IMG/VR virus record: IMGVR_UViG_3300046374_000008
Location: 1-28,799 of that record
DNA from: a virus
Lineage: Duplodnaviria; Caudoviricetes
DNA length: 28,799 bases
Strand: one strand, 5' to 3'
Under the pieces are notes generated by a model, which did no database searches, was not told the DNA's origin, and was given only the letters and a program-made list of their open reading frames with translations. Position numbers and translations under genes: made by a program. The first letter of the stretch is position 1, and each line of letters starts with the position of its first letter. Positions 4,674 to 14,100 of this stretch are shown here, piece after piece.

Positions 4674-7284
4674 ACTCGGTGTTGACCCCAAGGAACTGAT
4701 CAAGACTCCTGACGACGGCCGCAAAGGTCGCAATACCGACGATCTCGCCAGCACCCGCAAAGCGGCTCGCATGGGCCGCGCCATGACGGACACCGAGTTT
4801 CAGGGCTTGGTGTTCGACTGGGCCACCGACGCACGCAATTACGTCGACGAGTTCCTGATGATGGAGCGTCAGGATGCCACCCAGTACTACAAAGGCCATC
4901 TCCCCGACGTCGACATCGATGACATGCAGGAAGACCGCTCCAAGGCGGTCTTAACCGAGGTGCGGGACACCGTGTTGGGCATCATGCCCGACCTGCTTCG
5001 AATCTTCTTTTCCCCCGATGGCGCGGTCGAATTCCGCCCGGTGGCGACGATCGACCCCGAGAAGTTCGCCAAAAACAAAGCTTACGCCTGCCAGGCGACC
5101 GCCTATTTTCGTGACGTCGTGCTGCGCATCGATAATCCCGATTTTTTCATCCAGTGCCACGATGTCTTTCAGGACGCGCTGGTTCGCAAGACCGGATTCA
5201 TTCGCTGGAACTGGGAGGACAGCAAGAAACCGGTGTTCTCGATGCACACCGGGCTGTCTGAAGACCAGGCCCATGCGCTTGCTGCTGACGACGAGGTCGA
5301 GGTCGTCAAGGTAAGGACTTACCCGGCCGAGCTGCCGCCGTTGCCACCTCAGCCGGCCTATGGTCTGGCCGTACCACCTCCCCCTCCGCCCCCTCCTGCC
5401 GCCCCCAGTCCCCTGGGAGCTGGCGGGCCGCCGGGAGCACCGCCGGGAATGCCTCCGGGCCTGCCCCCGGTGCTTCCTGGCGCGCCGCCACCCGGACCCC
5501 CTCCGGGTGTGCCTCCCGGAGCTGGAGCGCCTCCTGGGCCTCCGCCCGGGGCGGGCGGGGCACCTCCTGGCGTTTCACCCCTCCCTATGCTGCCAGGTCT
5601 CGGCAGTGCGGGTGCCATGATGGCTCTGCCCGAGCCGCCCAAGATGTACGACATGCTGATCAAGCGGATAAAGAAGACCGGCGCGATCAAGGTGCGCGGC
5701 ATCCCCTGCGAGAACATGATCGTCGCCCGCCGCGGCATGTCGGTTGACCGCACCAGCCTGCTGGGCTTTACCCAGGACAAGACTGTCGGTGACTTCATCG
5801 CCGAGGGCTGGGTGGAGGATTCCGAGGATCTTGCCGATTGCGATCAGGATCTGGCGCATGATGGCGACAACTGGGAGACCCAGGCCAGACGCCCGTTCAT
5901 CACCTCGGCCGTCGGCATCGCCGATAATCCGCCGGCCGATCCCTCGATGCGGATTGTCAAGTTTGGCGAGCTTTACCTGACCTGCGACAAGGATGGCGAC
6001 GGAATCCCCGAGTTGATTCGTGTCATCACGGGCGGCACGCAATACAAGATTCTGCACGAGGAGCCGGTCGATGAAGTCCCGTTTGCGGCACTGTGTCCCT
6101 ATCCAGAAGCATTCACATTCTTCGGCGAGAGTATCACTGATCTCACTAAAGACATTCAGCGGATCAAGTCGCGTATCCTCCGCGACACCCTCGATAGCCT
6201 CGCACAATCCGTCCAGCCTCAGATGGGCGTCGTCGAAGGACAGGTTAACCTCGACGACGTACTCAATAGCGATACGTCCAAGATCGTCAGGATGCGTCAG
6301 GCCGGCATGGTGCAGCCGATTGTCATGCCTTTCGTTGGGAAAGAGGCGCTGCCGGTACTAGATTTCATGACCCAGGTTCGCGAGAACCGCACGGGTCAAT
6401 CGGATGCGAGTGCAGGACTTGATCCCGCAGTCCTGCAGTCTTCGACGGCCAGTGCGGTCCACGCGACCCTGACCAAAGCTCAATCGCGCGTCGAGATGGT
6501 GGCACGGATCTTTGCCGAGGCCGGTTTCACGCGACTGTTTCGAGGCATGCTCCATGAAACCATCAAGCACATGGATTCGCCGCGGACGGTTCTCCTCTAT
6601 GGCACTCCGGTGGAGATCGACCCTCGTCAATGGGACGCGGAAATGTCGGTCGAACCTTACCCGATGTTTGGCCGCGGTTCGACGCAGGATCAGCTTTCGT
6701 ACCTGACCAACATCATGCAGAAGCAGGAGCAGCTGCTGCAGGAATTGGGTTTCGACAATCCTTTCGTTACGCCGGATCAGTATAGTTATACGCTCAAGAA
6801 GTTGGTGGAAACTGCTGGCTATCACTCGACGACGTGCTTTTTCAATGATCTTGAACAGATGGATACGCAAGCAAAGCAAGCGGCGCTGCAAAAGCTATCT
6901 CAGGCAATGGCAGCGAAGGCGCAGGCTGGCGCGCCGCAAAAGAGCGGACCAGATCCTCAGATAGAGCAGGCCAAGCTCGCTTCCGCCGAGAAAATCGAGC
7001 AGATGAAGATGCAGCTGGAGATACAAAAAGAGCAGAATCAGATGCAGCTGGAAGCGATGAAGCTCAAGGCGCAGACGCAGATTCAACTGTTGCAGATGCA
7101 GGTCGATCGTCAGCAAGCTGTCGATCAGAGCATGGTCGATAGTCACTCTGATCGCATCAACACGCTGATCGACGCCCATGTCGCTCACCACGGCAACCTG
7201 ATGAACGCCGCGGTCGCCCACCATGGCAACCTCCTGACTGCCGAAACGGCCCGACAAAAGCCTAAAAACGGGAGTGCAAATTGA
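4669..7284 (+). CDS. Portal protein (P22/SU10-like) with Pro-rich insert and Gln-rich C-terminal helical extension
   Basis: Position after terL; motifs YYKG..P, EVRDTV..IMPDLLRIF, DALVRKTG, VPF..LCP.P...FFGES..D...DIQRIKS, RE.RTG. Confidence 0.93.
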   Translation: MELGVDPKELIKTPDDGRKGRNTDDLASTRKAARMGRAMTDTEFQGLVFDWATDARNYVDEFLMMERQDATQYYKGHLPDVDIDDMQEDRSKAVLTEVRDTVLGIMPDLLRIFFSPDGAVEFRPVATIDPEKFAKNKAYACQATAYFRDVVLRIDNPDFFIQCHDVFQDALVRKTGFIRWNWEDSKKPVFSMHTGLSEDQAHALAADDEVEVVKVRTYPAELPPLPPQPAYGLAVPPPPPPPPAAPSPLGAGGPPGAPPGMPPGLPPVLPGAPPPGPPPGVPPGAGAPPGPPPGAGGAPPGVSPLPMLPGLGSAGAMMALPEPPKMYDMLIKRIKKTGAIKVRGIPCENMIVARRGMSVDRTSLLGFTQDKTVGDFIAEGWVEDSEDLADCDQDLAHDGDNWETQARRPFITSAVGIADNPPADPSMRIVKFGELYLTCDKDGDGIPELIRVITGGTQYKILHEEPVDEVPFAALCPYPEAFTFFGESITDLTKDIQRIKSRILRDTLDSLAQSVQPQMGVVEGQVNLDDVLNSDTSKIVRMRQAGMVQPIVMPFVGKEALPVLDFMTQVRENRTGQSDASAGLDPAVLQSSTASAVHATLTKAQSRVEMVARIFAEAGFTRLFRGMLHETIKHMDSPRTVLLYGTPVEIDPRQWDAEMSVEPYPMFGRGSTQDQLSYLTNIMQKQEQLLQELGFDNPFVTPDQYSYTLKKLVETAGYHSTTCFFNDLEQMDTQAKQAALQKLSQAMAAKAQAGAPQKSGPDPQIEQAKLASAEKIEQMKMQLEIQKEQNQMQLEAMKLKAQTQIQLLQMQVDRQQAVDQSMVDSHSDRINTLIDAHVAHHGNLMNAAVAHHGNLLTAETARQKPKNGSAN

Positions 7285-7583
7285 CTCCCAAGGAATTCGA
7301 TCGGATCAGGAGATTCGGCACTTTTGCCCACAATCTCATCAACGATGAGACATTTCTAGATGTTCTGAAAGGGCTCAAGGAAGATGCGATTCGTGGATGG
7401 ACTCATTCTGAATCCGCTGACGACCGTGAGGCTTGTTGGCGCGATATGCAGGCGGTGGGCCGCCTTAAGACAAAACTCGAGAGTTTAATTCAAACTTATC
7501 ACGCTGAGATTGCGAGAGAGAAAAAAGAGGAAGAGCTGAAGAAGAGTTTTGAGAGGCGAAGAGAGGAGATGAGCCGTGGCTGA
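7281..7583 (+). CDS. Portal-adjacent hypothetical protein, 100 aa
   Basis: TTG start after GGGAG, overlapping portal stop; helical, charged. Confidence 0.75.
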   Translation: MTPKEFDRIRRFGTFAHNLINDETFLDVLKGLKEDAIRGWTHSESADDREACWRDMQAVGRLKTKLESLIQTYHAEIAREKKEEELKKSFERRREEMSRG

Positions 7584-8493
7584 CGATCTCCAAGACAACC
7601 CTTATGGCGCGCCATTGCTGTCACCGTCTGGTCAGTCGCCTCAAGGCTTCATCATTCACCATACGGGTGGTCGTGGTGGGCCACAAAATGTAGTCGATGA
7701 CTGGCGCAAGAATCGGCCAGGAATCGGCTCTCAGTACATCGTTGATCGTGACGGACGCTTGTATCAGACCAATCGCGATCTTGGTTATAGCGGCACTAAC
7801 CACATGATCAATGGTTATGGCCCACAAGGAACAGGGCTTTCCAATCGCAACACGGTGGGAGTGGAAGTAGTCGCCCGTCATAATGGCGATGTGAACGATG
7901 CCCAAGAGGCGACGATTCGGGGTTTGGTTGGTCAGAATTACCCCAATGTTCCGGTTTATGGCCATGGCGAGGTCAATCCCGGCCATCGTGAGTCCGATGA
8001 AGGAATGCGGATCGTCAACGCGATTCGCGCTGATCGCTCCGGTCAGCCTGCGACGCAGCTTGCCGGTCAGCCACAGCCTACGGATCAGCCGGGTGCGGCG
8101 GCACCTGCGCCCGGTCTCTTGACACCCCCCGCCGCACAAACCGCCATGCCGACGTCTGCGCCGTCGGCCAATCCCATCACTGCTTTTCTGAGTAAATTGA
8201 CCGGATCTCCCCCTCCCGCGCCGGGTGCCGGCCTTCCCCAGGCGGGCCCGACCCAAAGCGGCACCACTCTCGACGCTCAGAATGCCACCGTAGCTGCAGC
8301 CCAAAAGGCCGTTGACAGGGAAAACGAATCCGAAGGTGAGAAGCAGAGCAAGCAAATGATGGCGTTGGCGCAACAGCTTATGGCTTCCGGTCAAGCGCCG
8401 CAAATGAAGCAGATGAGCCAACTCACGCCGTTCAATACGGGCCCGGTGCGGCCACTTCCGCTTAATCTTCCACCTGGCTTCGGTGGTGCTTGA
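7576..8493 (+). CDS. N-acetylmuramoyl-L-alanine amidase (Amidase_2-like) with long Pro/Ala/Gln tail
   Basis: IIHHTGG, YIVDRDG, N..TVGVEV, YGHGE motifs; GAGGAG SD with GTG start. Confidence 0.8.
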   Translation: MADDLQDNPYGAPLLSPSGQSPQGFIIHHTGGRGGPQNVVDDWRKNRPGIGSQYIVDRDGRLYQTNRDLGYSGTNHMINGYGPQGTGLSNRNTVGVEVVARHNGDVNDAQEATIRGLVGQNYPNVPVYGHGEVNPGHRESDEGMRIVNAIRADRSGQPATQLAGQPQPTDQPGAAAPAPGLLTPPAAQTAMPTSAPSANPITAFLSKLTGSPPPAPGAGLPQAGPTQSGTTLDAQNATVAAAQKAVDRENESEGEKQSKQMMALAQQLMASGQAPQMKQMSQLTPFNTGPVRPLPLNLPPGFGGA

Positions 8494-8498
8494 GATTA

Positions 8499-8527
8499 TT
8501 GACTTTTTTCTATATCGGGTGTAGCCG
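8499..8527 (+). promoter_or_regulatory. Putative sigma70-type promoter for scaffold and capsid genes
   Basis: TTGACT-N17-TAGCCG in an AT-rich intergenic gap; the -10 element is weak. Confidence 0.35.
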
Positions 8528-8554
8528 CGAAGAGTGCTCACCAGGATATAGCAC

Positions 8555-9541
8555 GTGGCCGACGACGACGAACCCATGTCCTTGACCGACCTTGCGGGGC
8601 TCCTGGCCCCGGAACCCGAGGGCGATAACAGGGGGGAAAAGCCGTCCGAGACCGAAGAACAGCCCACCCCACCTTCCGAAGCTACCGAGCCCGACACGTC
8701 AGACGAAGACACCGAGCCGGCGGAGCAGGAAGCCGAGGGTGACAAACCTGAAGGCGAAGGCGACGACGAGCCAAGTACGGAACCGAGCTACACCGTCAAA
8801 ATTGACGACAAGCCAGTCTCGATAACCCTGAAAGAAGCTCTCGCCGGCTATCAACGTCAGGCCGATTACACGCGCAAGGCCCAGGAGGTCGCGGAAGCCC
8901 GTCGGGCGGCCGAGGCTGAACAGGCACAGATGCGCGCCGCTCGCGATCAATATTCGCAAGTGCTCAATGTCATCCTTGAACGGCTGGGGCCTGAAAAAGA
9001 CGAACTTAACGCGGAGCAATGGAATCATCTTCGTGTTAACGACCCAGGTAAATATGCGGTCGAATATGCTGATTATCAGCGAAGAGCAGAACAGCGCACC
9101 GCGGCTAAAGCGGAACAGCAGCGTATCCTCGAAGAGAAGCGTGGCGAGATCGTCAATCACGCGCGCACGTTTGTCGACGGGGAGCGTCAGAAACTGGTCA
9201 AAGCAATGCCGGTCCTGGCAGACCCTGAAAAAGGACCGGTCGAGATGAAGGCAATGCGGGAATATGCCGCCAAGACCTTCGGATTCAATGATCAGGAACT
9301 CGATCAAGCCTACGATCACCGGATGCTTTTGATGCTCGATAAGGCCCGGAAATGGGACACTTATCAGACGTCACTGGCGAAGGCCAAAGGCAAGATCGAG
9401 AGCGCTCAGCAGGTCCCCACTCTCACCGCCCGTCAGCCGGCATCGACGTCCAAGAGCCAAGCGAGGAAGATCGCGCAACAGAAATTCGACAGGTCAGGCG
9501 GCACCGACTTCGACGCTGCAGTGCAGCTGTTGCTCAAATGA
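8555..9541 (+). CDS. Capsid scaffolding protein
   Basis: Acidic disordered N-terminus, YTVKID...ITLKE...GYQRQADYTRK.QE.AE motif, coiled coil, directly upstream of capsid. Confidence 0.9.
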   Translation: MADDDEPMSLTDLAGLLAPEPEGDNRGEKPSETEEQPTPPSEATEPDTSDEDTEPAEQEAEGDKPEGEGDDEPSTEPSYTVKIDDKPVSITLKEALAGYQRQADYTRKAQEVAEARRAAEAEQAQMRAARDQYSQVLNVILERLGPEKDELNAEQWNHLRVNDPGKYAVEYADYQRRAEQRTAAKAEQQRILEEKRGEIVNHARTFVDGERQKLVKAMPVLADPEKGPVEMKAMREYAAKTFGFNDQELDQAYDHRMLLMLDKARKWDTYQTSLAKAKGKIESAQQVPTLTARQPASTSKSQARKIAQQKFDRSGGTDFDAAVQLLLK

Positions 9542-9585
9542 CCTGATCGGCCTCGGCTCAACAGAAAGGGTACACAGGCTGGCTC

Positions 9586-10554
9586 GTGGCTGTTCCCACC
9601 TCTACGGGACTATCTTACTCGTTCAACATCATCAGAGAGGACTTGGAGGACTTCGTCTACAAAATCTCTCCGCTCGAAACACCGGGGATGCAGGCTGTAG
9701 GTCGTAAGGGCTCCTTCAAGAACACTCTTCACGAATGGCCCGTGGTCGAATTGGCCGCGGCAAACGGTGACAACGCCAAGATCGAAGGCGACGACACCCC
9801 TAACGACGCGCCGACGACCGCACTGCGCTTGTCGAATTACACTCAGATCATGACCAAGACGAAGGGCGTTTCGTCCACCGACGAGATGATCATCGGTGCC
9901 GGCAACGTCAACCGTATGGCCCGGCAAGTCCTTTATGCCACGCAGGAAATCAAGCGTGACATGGAAAACCGGTTGATGGGATCGGGAATCAAGTTCGCGT
10001 CTGCCGGCACTGCCGGCACCGCGGCCCGTACCACCGCCAGTATCGCCGCCTTCATCCACACCAATGTGATTCGTGGAACTGGCGGTGCCAATGGAGCGCT
10101 CTCTGCGCCTCCCAATGGCTTCCCCAGCACGGCTGAGACGCCGGGGACAGTTCAGCCGTTGACCGAGACGAACTTCAAAACGGTCATTCAGCAAGCGTGG
10201 ACGCAGGGTGGCCATCCGACCTACGCCTTCGTGTCCGGCACTCAGAAAGTGCTGGTGTCGACCTTCACCGGCAACGCGACCCGCTTCAAGAAAGCTGAAG
10301 ACAGGAAGCTGATCGCAGCTATCGATGTGTATGAAAGTGATTTCGGTCAGCTCCAGATCGTTGCTGACCGTTTCATGGACCCGACACGTGTTCTGATCAT
10401 CGATCCCGGCTATGCCGAGATCGGTTGGCTTCAGGGCATGCGCAACCAGCCTCTCGCTAAGACCGGTCTATCCGACCGACGTCTGATCTCGTGCGAATGG
10501 GGTGTCATCGTGGGCAACGAAAAGGCTCACGCGATGGTTGCCGACGTCGCATAG
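9586..10554 (+). CDS. Major capsid protein (SU10/DUF5309-like)
   Basis: REDL.D.VY.ISP.ETP, HEW, EGDD, NYTQI, EIKRDME, DVYESDFG, LAKTG motifs; followed by a terminator. Confidence 0.94.
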   Translation: MAVPTSTGLSYSFNIIREDLEDFVYKISPLETPGMQAVGRKGSFKNTLHEWPVVELAAANGDNAKIEGDDTPNDAPTTALRLSNYTQIMTKTKGVSSTDEMIIGAGNVNRMARQVLYATQEIKRDMENRLMGSGIKFASAGTAGTAARTTASIAAFIHTNVIRGTGGANGALSAPPNGFPSTAETPGTVQPLTETNFKTVIQQAWTQGGHPTYAFVSGTQKVLVSTFTGNATRFKKAEDRKLIAAIDVYESDFGQLQIVADRFMDPTRVLIIDPGYAEIGWLQGMRNQPLAKTGLSDRRLISCEWGVIVGNEKAHAMVADVA

Positions 10555-10555
10555 C

Positions 10556-10584
10556 AGGAGGCGGCGTAAGCCGCCTTCCTTTTC
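10556..10584 (+). terminator. Rho-independent terminator after capsid gene
   Basis: AGGCGGC-GTAA-GCCGCCT hairpin followed by TCCTTTT. Confidence 0.75.
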
Positions 10585-10605
10585 ATACATCTCAGGGGGA
10601 AACCC

Positions 10606-10887
10606 ATGGTGAAGCATCCCAAACACTCGTCCCATTGGGACGATGAAGATCCTCCTGCGCGTGAGGAATCACTAGCTGTGCGCGAGCCACCGCGGGCGCG
10701 TGAGGACGTTCCGCCGACGATGGTGAAGGTCAAATGCATCGTCGCCCTCCATCCCTGGGCTGAGTATCGATATCTGGAGATGGACGAGGTGACGGACGTC
10801 AGTGAAGCAGCCGCCACTATTCTGATCGAAAGAGGCTTTGTCGAAGCGGTGGTGGAAGAGCCGCCGCCACCGGAGGCACGTAAATGA
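10606..10887 (+). CDS. Hypothetical protein, 93 aa (capsid-adjacent)
   Basis: AGGGGG SD; ATGA overlap with next gene. Confidence 0.75.
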   Translation: MVKHPKHSSHWDDEDPPAREESLAVREPPRAREDVPPTMVKVKCIVALHPWAEYRYLEMDEVTDVSEAAATILIERGFVEAVVEEPPPPEARK

Positions 10888-11126
10888 TCAGCCAGAGTGT
10901 CTATCCGCTGATTGCGGGCATCACCGTGGTGCCCAGCGATTCCACCGTGTTGACCGATGTCCGCGCGATCTATGTCGGGGGTGCGGGTGACCTCGCGGTG
11001 AAGATGATAGCCGATGGTTCGACCGTGACCTTCAAAGGAGTGCCGGCAGGATCGATCCTGCCGGTGCAGGTCAACACCATCATGGCGACGGGAACGACGG
11101 CAACCTCCATACTGGCGTTTCGCTGA
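10884..11126 (+). CDS. Head spike base protein (RcGTA Rcc01079-like)
   Basis: PSD..L...RAIYVGGAGDL.V......VTFK.VPAG.ILP..V..I.ATGTTAT.I.A signature recalled for this family; directly precedes a fibre. Confidence 0.85.
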   Translation: MISQSVYPLIAGITVVPSDSTVLTDVRAIYVGGAGDLAVKMIADGSTVTFKGVPAGSILPVQVNTIMATGTTATSILAFR

Positions 11127-14100
11127 TGTTACACGTCGGTGCCGATGTCTGGCTCAGAACGCGCGTGGCGGGAGGCGCTGGAGGAGGACCGTCGTTTCCG
11201 CCATTGGTTGGTGGGGTCAAAGCCACCATCGCTGCTGATTTTGTTGGTGGTCAATACTGGGCCGGTGGCACTTCCCAAGCTTCGTTCGCTGCTTGGCTCA
11301 CTGCTATCGCTGGCACTTTCAGCCGGGCTTCGACTGCAACCTACATTGACGGCGGGATCGTCAAGACGGCAGCGGTTAATGTTCCGAGACTTGGCGCAGC
11401 CGGTTTTCGGTTGACCGGTGCCGGGACGAACTTGCATCTGCAATCGCAATTCGCTTCTGGTTGGCAGGCAGACGTTGGCGATACGCTTACGCTGAATGCT
11501 GCCGCTGCACCGGACGGGACGACGACGGCGGTTAGTCATGTGCCAGTGAATGCCTCCCATCAGCACAGCGTTTTGTATGGTTCAGGCACCAACGGCTTTG
11601 TAACGGGCACCACTTATACGTTTTCTGTCTTTGCCAAGGCGAATGGATATACGAACGTTCAATTAGATTTGGATAATTCCGGCAATTGCGCCGCGACATT
11701 TCAATTGAGCGGAGCAGGTTCTGTCCTGAGTAAAGTTGGTTCGACTGTCGCCAGCATTATCCAGCTGGCGAATGGATGGTATCTGTGTTCTATAACGGGG
11801 GCGGGAAGTTATACCGGAAATATCAACTCTGTTATTTATACCACGGGCAACGGTACCGCGAGGGCTTGGACCGGTGACGGCACCAGCGGTTATTTCTTCT
11901 GGGGTGCTCAATGCACCCAATCGGCCTTCCAACTCGACTACATCCCCACCACCACCGCCACCGTGACTCAGGCGGCCGACCTATTCAGTCGTACGCCGAC
12001 GAACCCAGCGTTGACGCTCTTCACCAAGCTGGTGAACTTCGTGGCTCCGGGTATTAACGCTAATAACAAAGTTGCTTGGTCCGTCGGCAGCTCTGGAACT
12101 GTACAAAACTCATTGATAGCGACTGTGTCCAAGAACACTAACTTTTACACCATAACCAATCAAGGTGCTGTAGTTAGTACCAGAATATCGGACACGGTTG
12201 TCACTCCCAATGCCTTTTATAAGACAGCATTTGCTGTCCAAACCAACTCACTCAGGGCATCCATCAATGGTGGATCAATTTCGGTTGGCACAGTAACAGA
12301 CCCGGGTATGCCAACTGGTATGACCATGGAGATACTTGGCGGTACTGTCTTTGGACCCGGAGCTGAGTTGAATGGCTATGTCACTGCCGAGGCAGAATGG
12401 CAGGTGTTTGCTTCCGATATGGACCTGCAAAATCTTACGGCTTCAGTAGCGTTTCCGAGCTGGCTACCAACTGCCAATAACACGTATGCAACGATTTATG
12501 CTGATTTCACCACCTCCGGGAATTATTGGTACAACGGACAGCGGGCTAGCTTCAACGCATGGCTCACGGCACTTGGCGGCACCTATTCGCGCGCCAGCAC
12601 TGCTACCTACATTGCAGCCGGTGCGGTTCAAACAGCCATTGCAAACACGCCTCGCTTCCCGACCGATCTCCTGGGTAATCCCCTGGGAATCAGGCTGACC
12701 GGTTCGGCGACCAATCTGCTGATTCATAGTCAGACTTTTTCCGATCCGTCATGGGTTACGTCGGCTAGCACAGTGAGTGATAATGCTGTCACGGCTCCAG
12801 ACGGTACCAACACGGCCGCCGCCTTCCATGATGATGCTACGAGTGGCACCCACTTCATCAGGTTGCCATCGGCCACATACACAGCCGCACCGCTTACGAT
12901 TTCTGTGTTTGTGAAGAGTTTTCAAATCGGTCAGCTGGTGATTACTGATCCGACTGGAACGATAGGGACTGGATTTAACACGAATCAAGGAGTTGCATTT
13001 ACGGTCTCGGGCATTACCCGGCCGACATCTGATCATATCACGCAGCTGGCCAATGGCTGGTTCCTGTGCAGCATGACATACACGCCTACAGCAGGCGCGA
13101 CGGGGTCCCCCGGCATATTCTATCTCATGAGAGGAACTCTCAGCTACACGGGTGACACTTCGAATGATTTCCTGTGGGGCGCTCAGGTCACGCAGACTTC
13201 CTTCCCTGTTGATTACATCCCCACCACCACTGCCACCGTGACCCAGGCGGCCGACAGCCTCAGCTTCCCGTACACCCAGACGACGTTTACGGCTCTCATT
13301 GGAACTAATAATCAGAATACTCTTCCCCCAGGTGCTAATTGTCTTCAGCTTGGTGCCGCAGCTGCAAATGCTGAAGCTTTAATTTATAGTGCACACAGCA
13401 CAACTCAATTTTCCAGTTTTTATAACGGTGCTACCCTTTTAGGTCCAACTTTTACTGGCGGTCTTGCTTCACTTCATAAGACGGCAATCGCTGGGAATAA
13501 CTCTGGCAGGTTTATGACAACAGATGGAGCAGTTCCAACCTCGGATGCAAGCGCTCTTACGAGTGCGGCTCTAACTTCATTATCGATTAACAGTTATGAT
13601 AATGGTTCTAGTCCGGGTTACGGCAATTATACCCAACTTGCCATCTGGAACAACCTCGTCGCCTCGACCGCCGAGATGCAACGTCTCACAACGATATCCT
13701 CGGCATTGTTTGTACCGTATTTCAGCTGCCCCAGTGGATTTGGTCCGACAGGTGCGTGTGGAGTGGACACCAACAACGGGCAGGCGTTCTTTCTTACCGG
13801 TGCTTTTGCCGGGAGCAATCCAGGGCTGGTTGGATCGGCAGTCGAGGTGGTTCAAGCCAACTCTACTCATGTCGCCAACAATCTGAACTTCCAGAAAATG
13901 GTGAGTGTCCAGCAATTCTCGACGACCTTCACGTTTGTGCCGGATGGCTGGAATATTTCGCTTGTCTTTAACAATTCCAACAATGGAAGTGCCAATGGCT
14001 CGGTTTTCTCCGGTGGTGCTGGATGTGAAGCATCGTTCTTCCAGGCATTCTCTCAGTCAGCGCCGCCTAACTTCGTGTTTGCGCTGGAATTTGATTCGCA

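Noticed and set aside
5323-5640. Collagen-like domain or intein in the portal
   Set aside because: Gly spacing is mostly 4 (GxPP), not Gly-X-Y; no intein terminal motifs
7621-8745. 374-aa minus-strand ORF and other long antisense ORFs (e.g. 4171..4899, 25036..25758)
   Set aside because: Shadows of GC-rich plus-strand genes; no motifs or RBS
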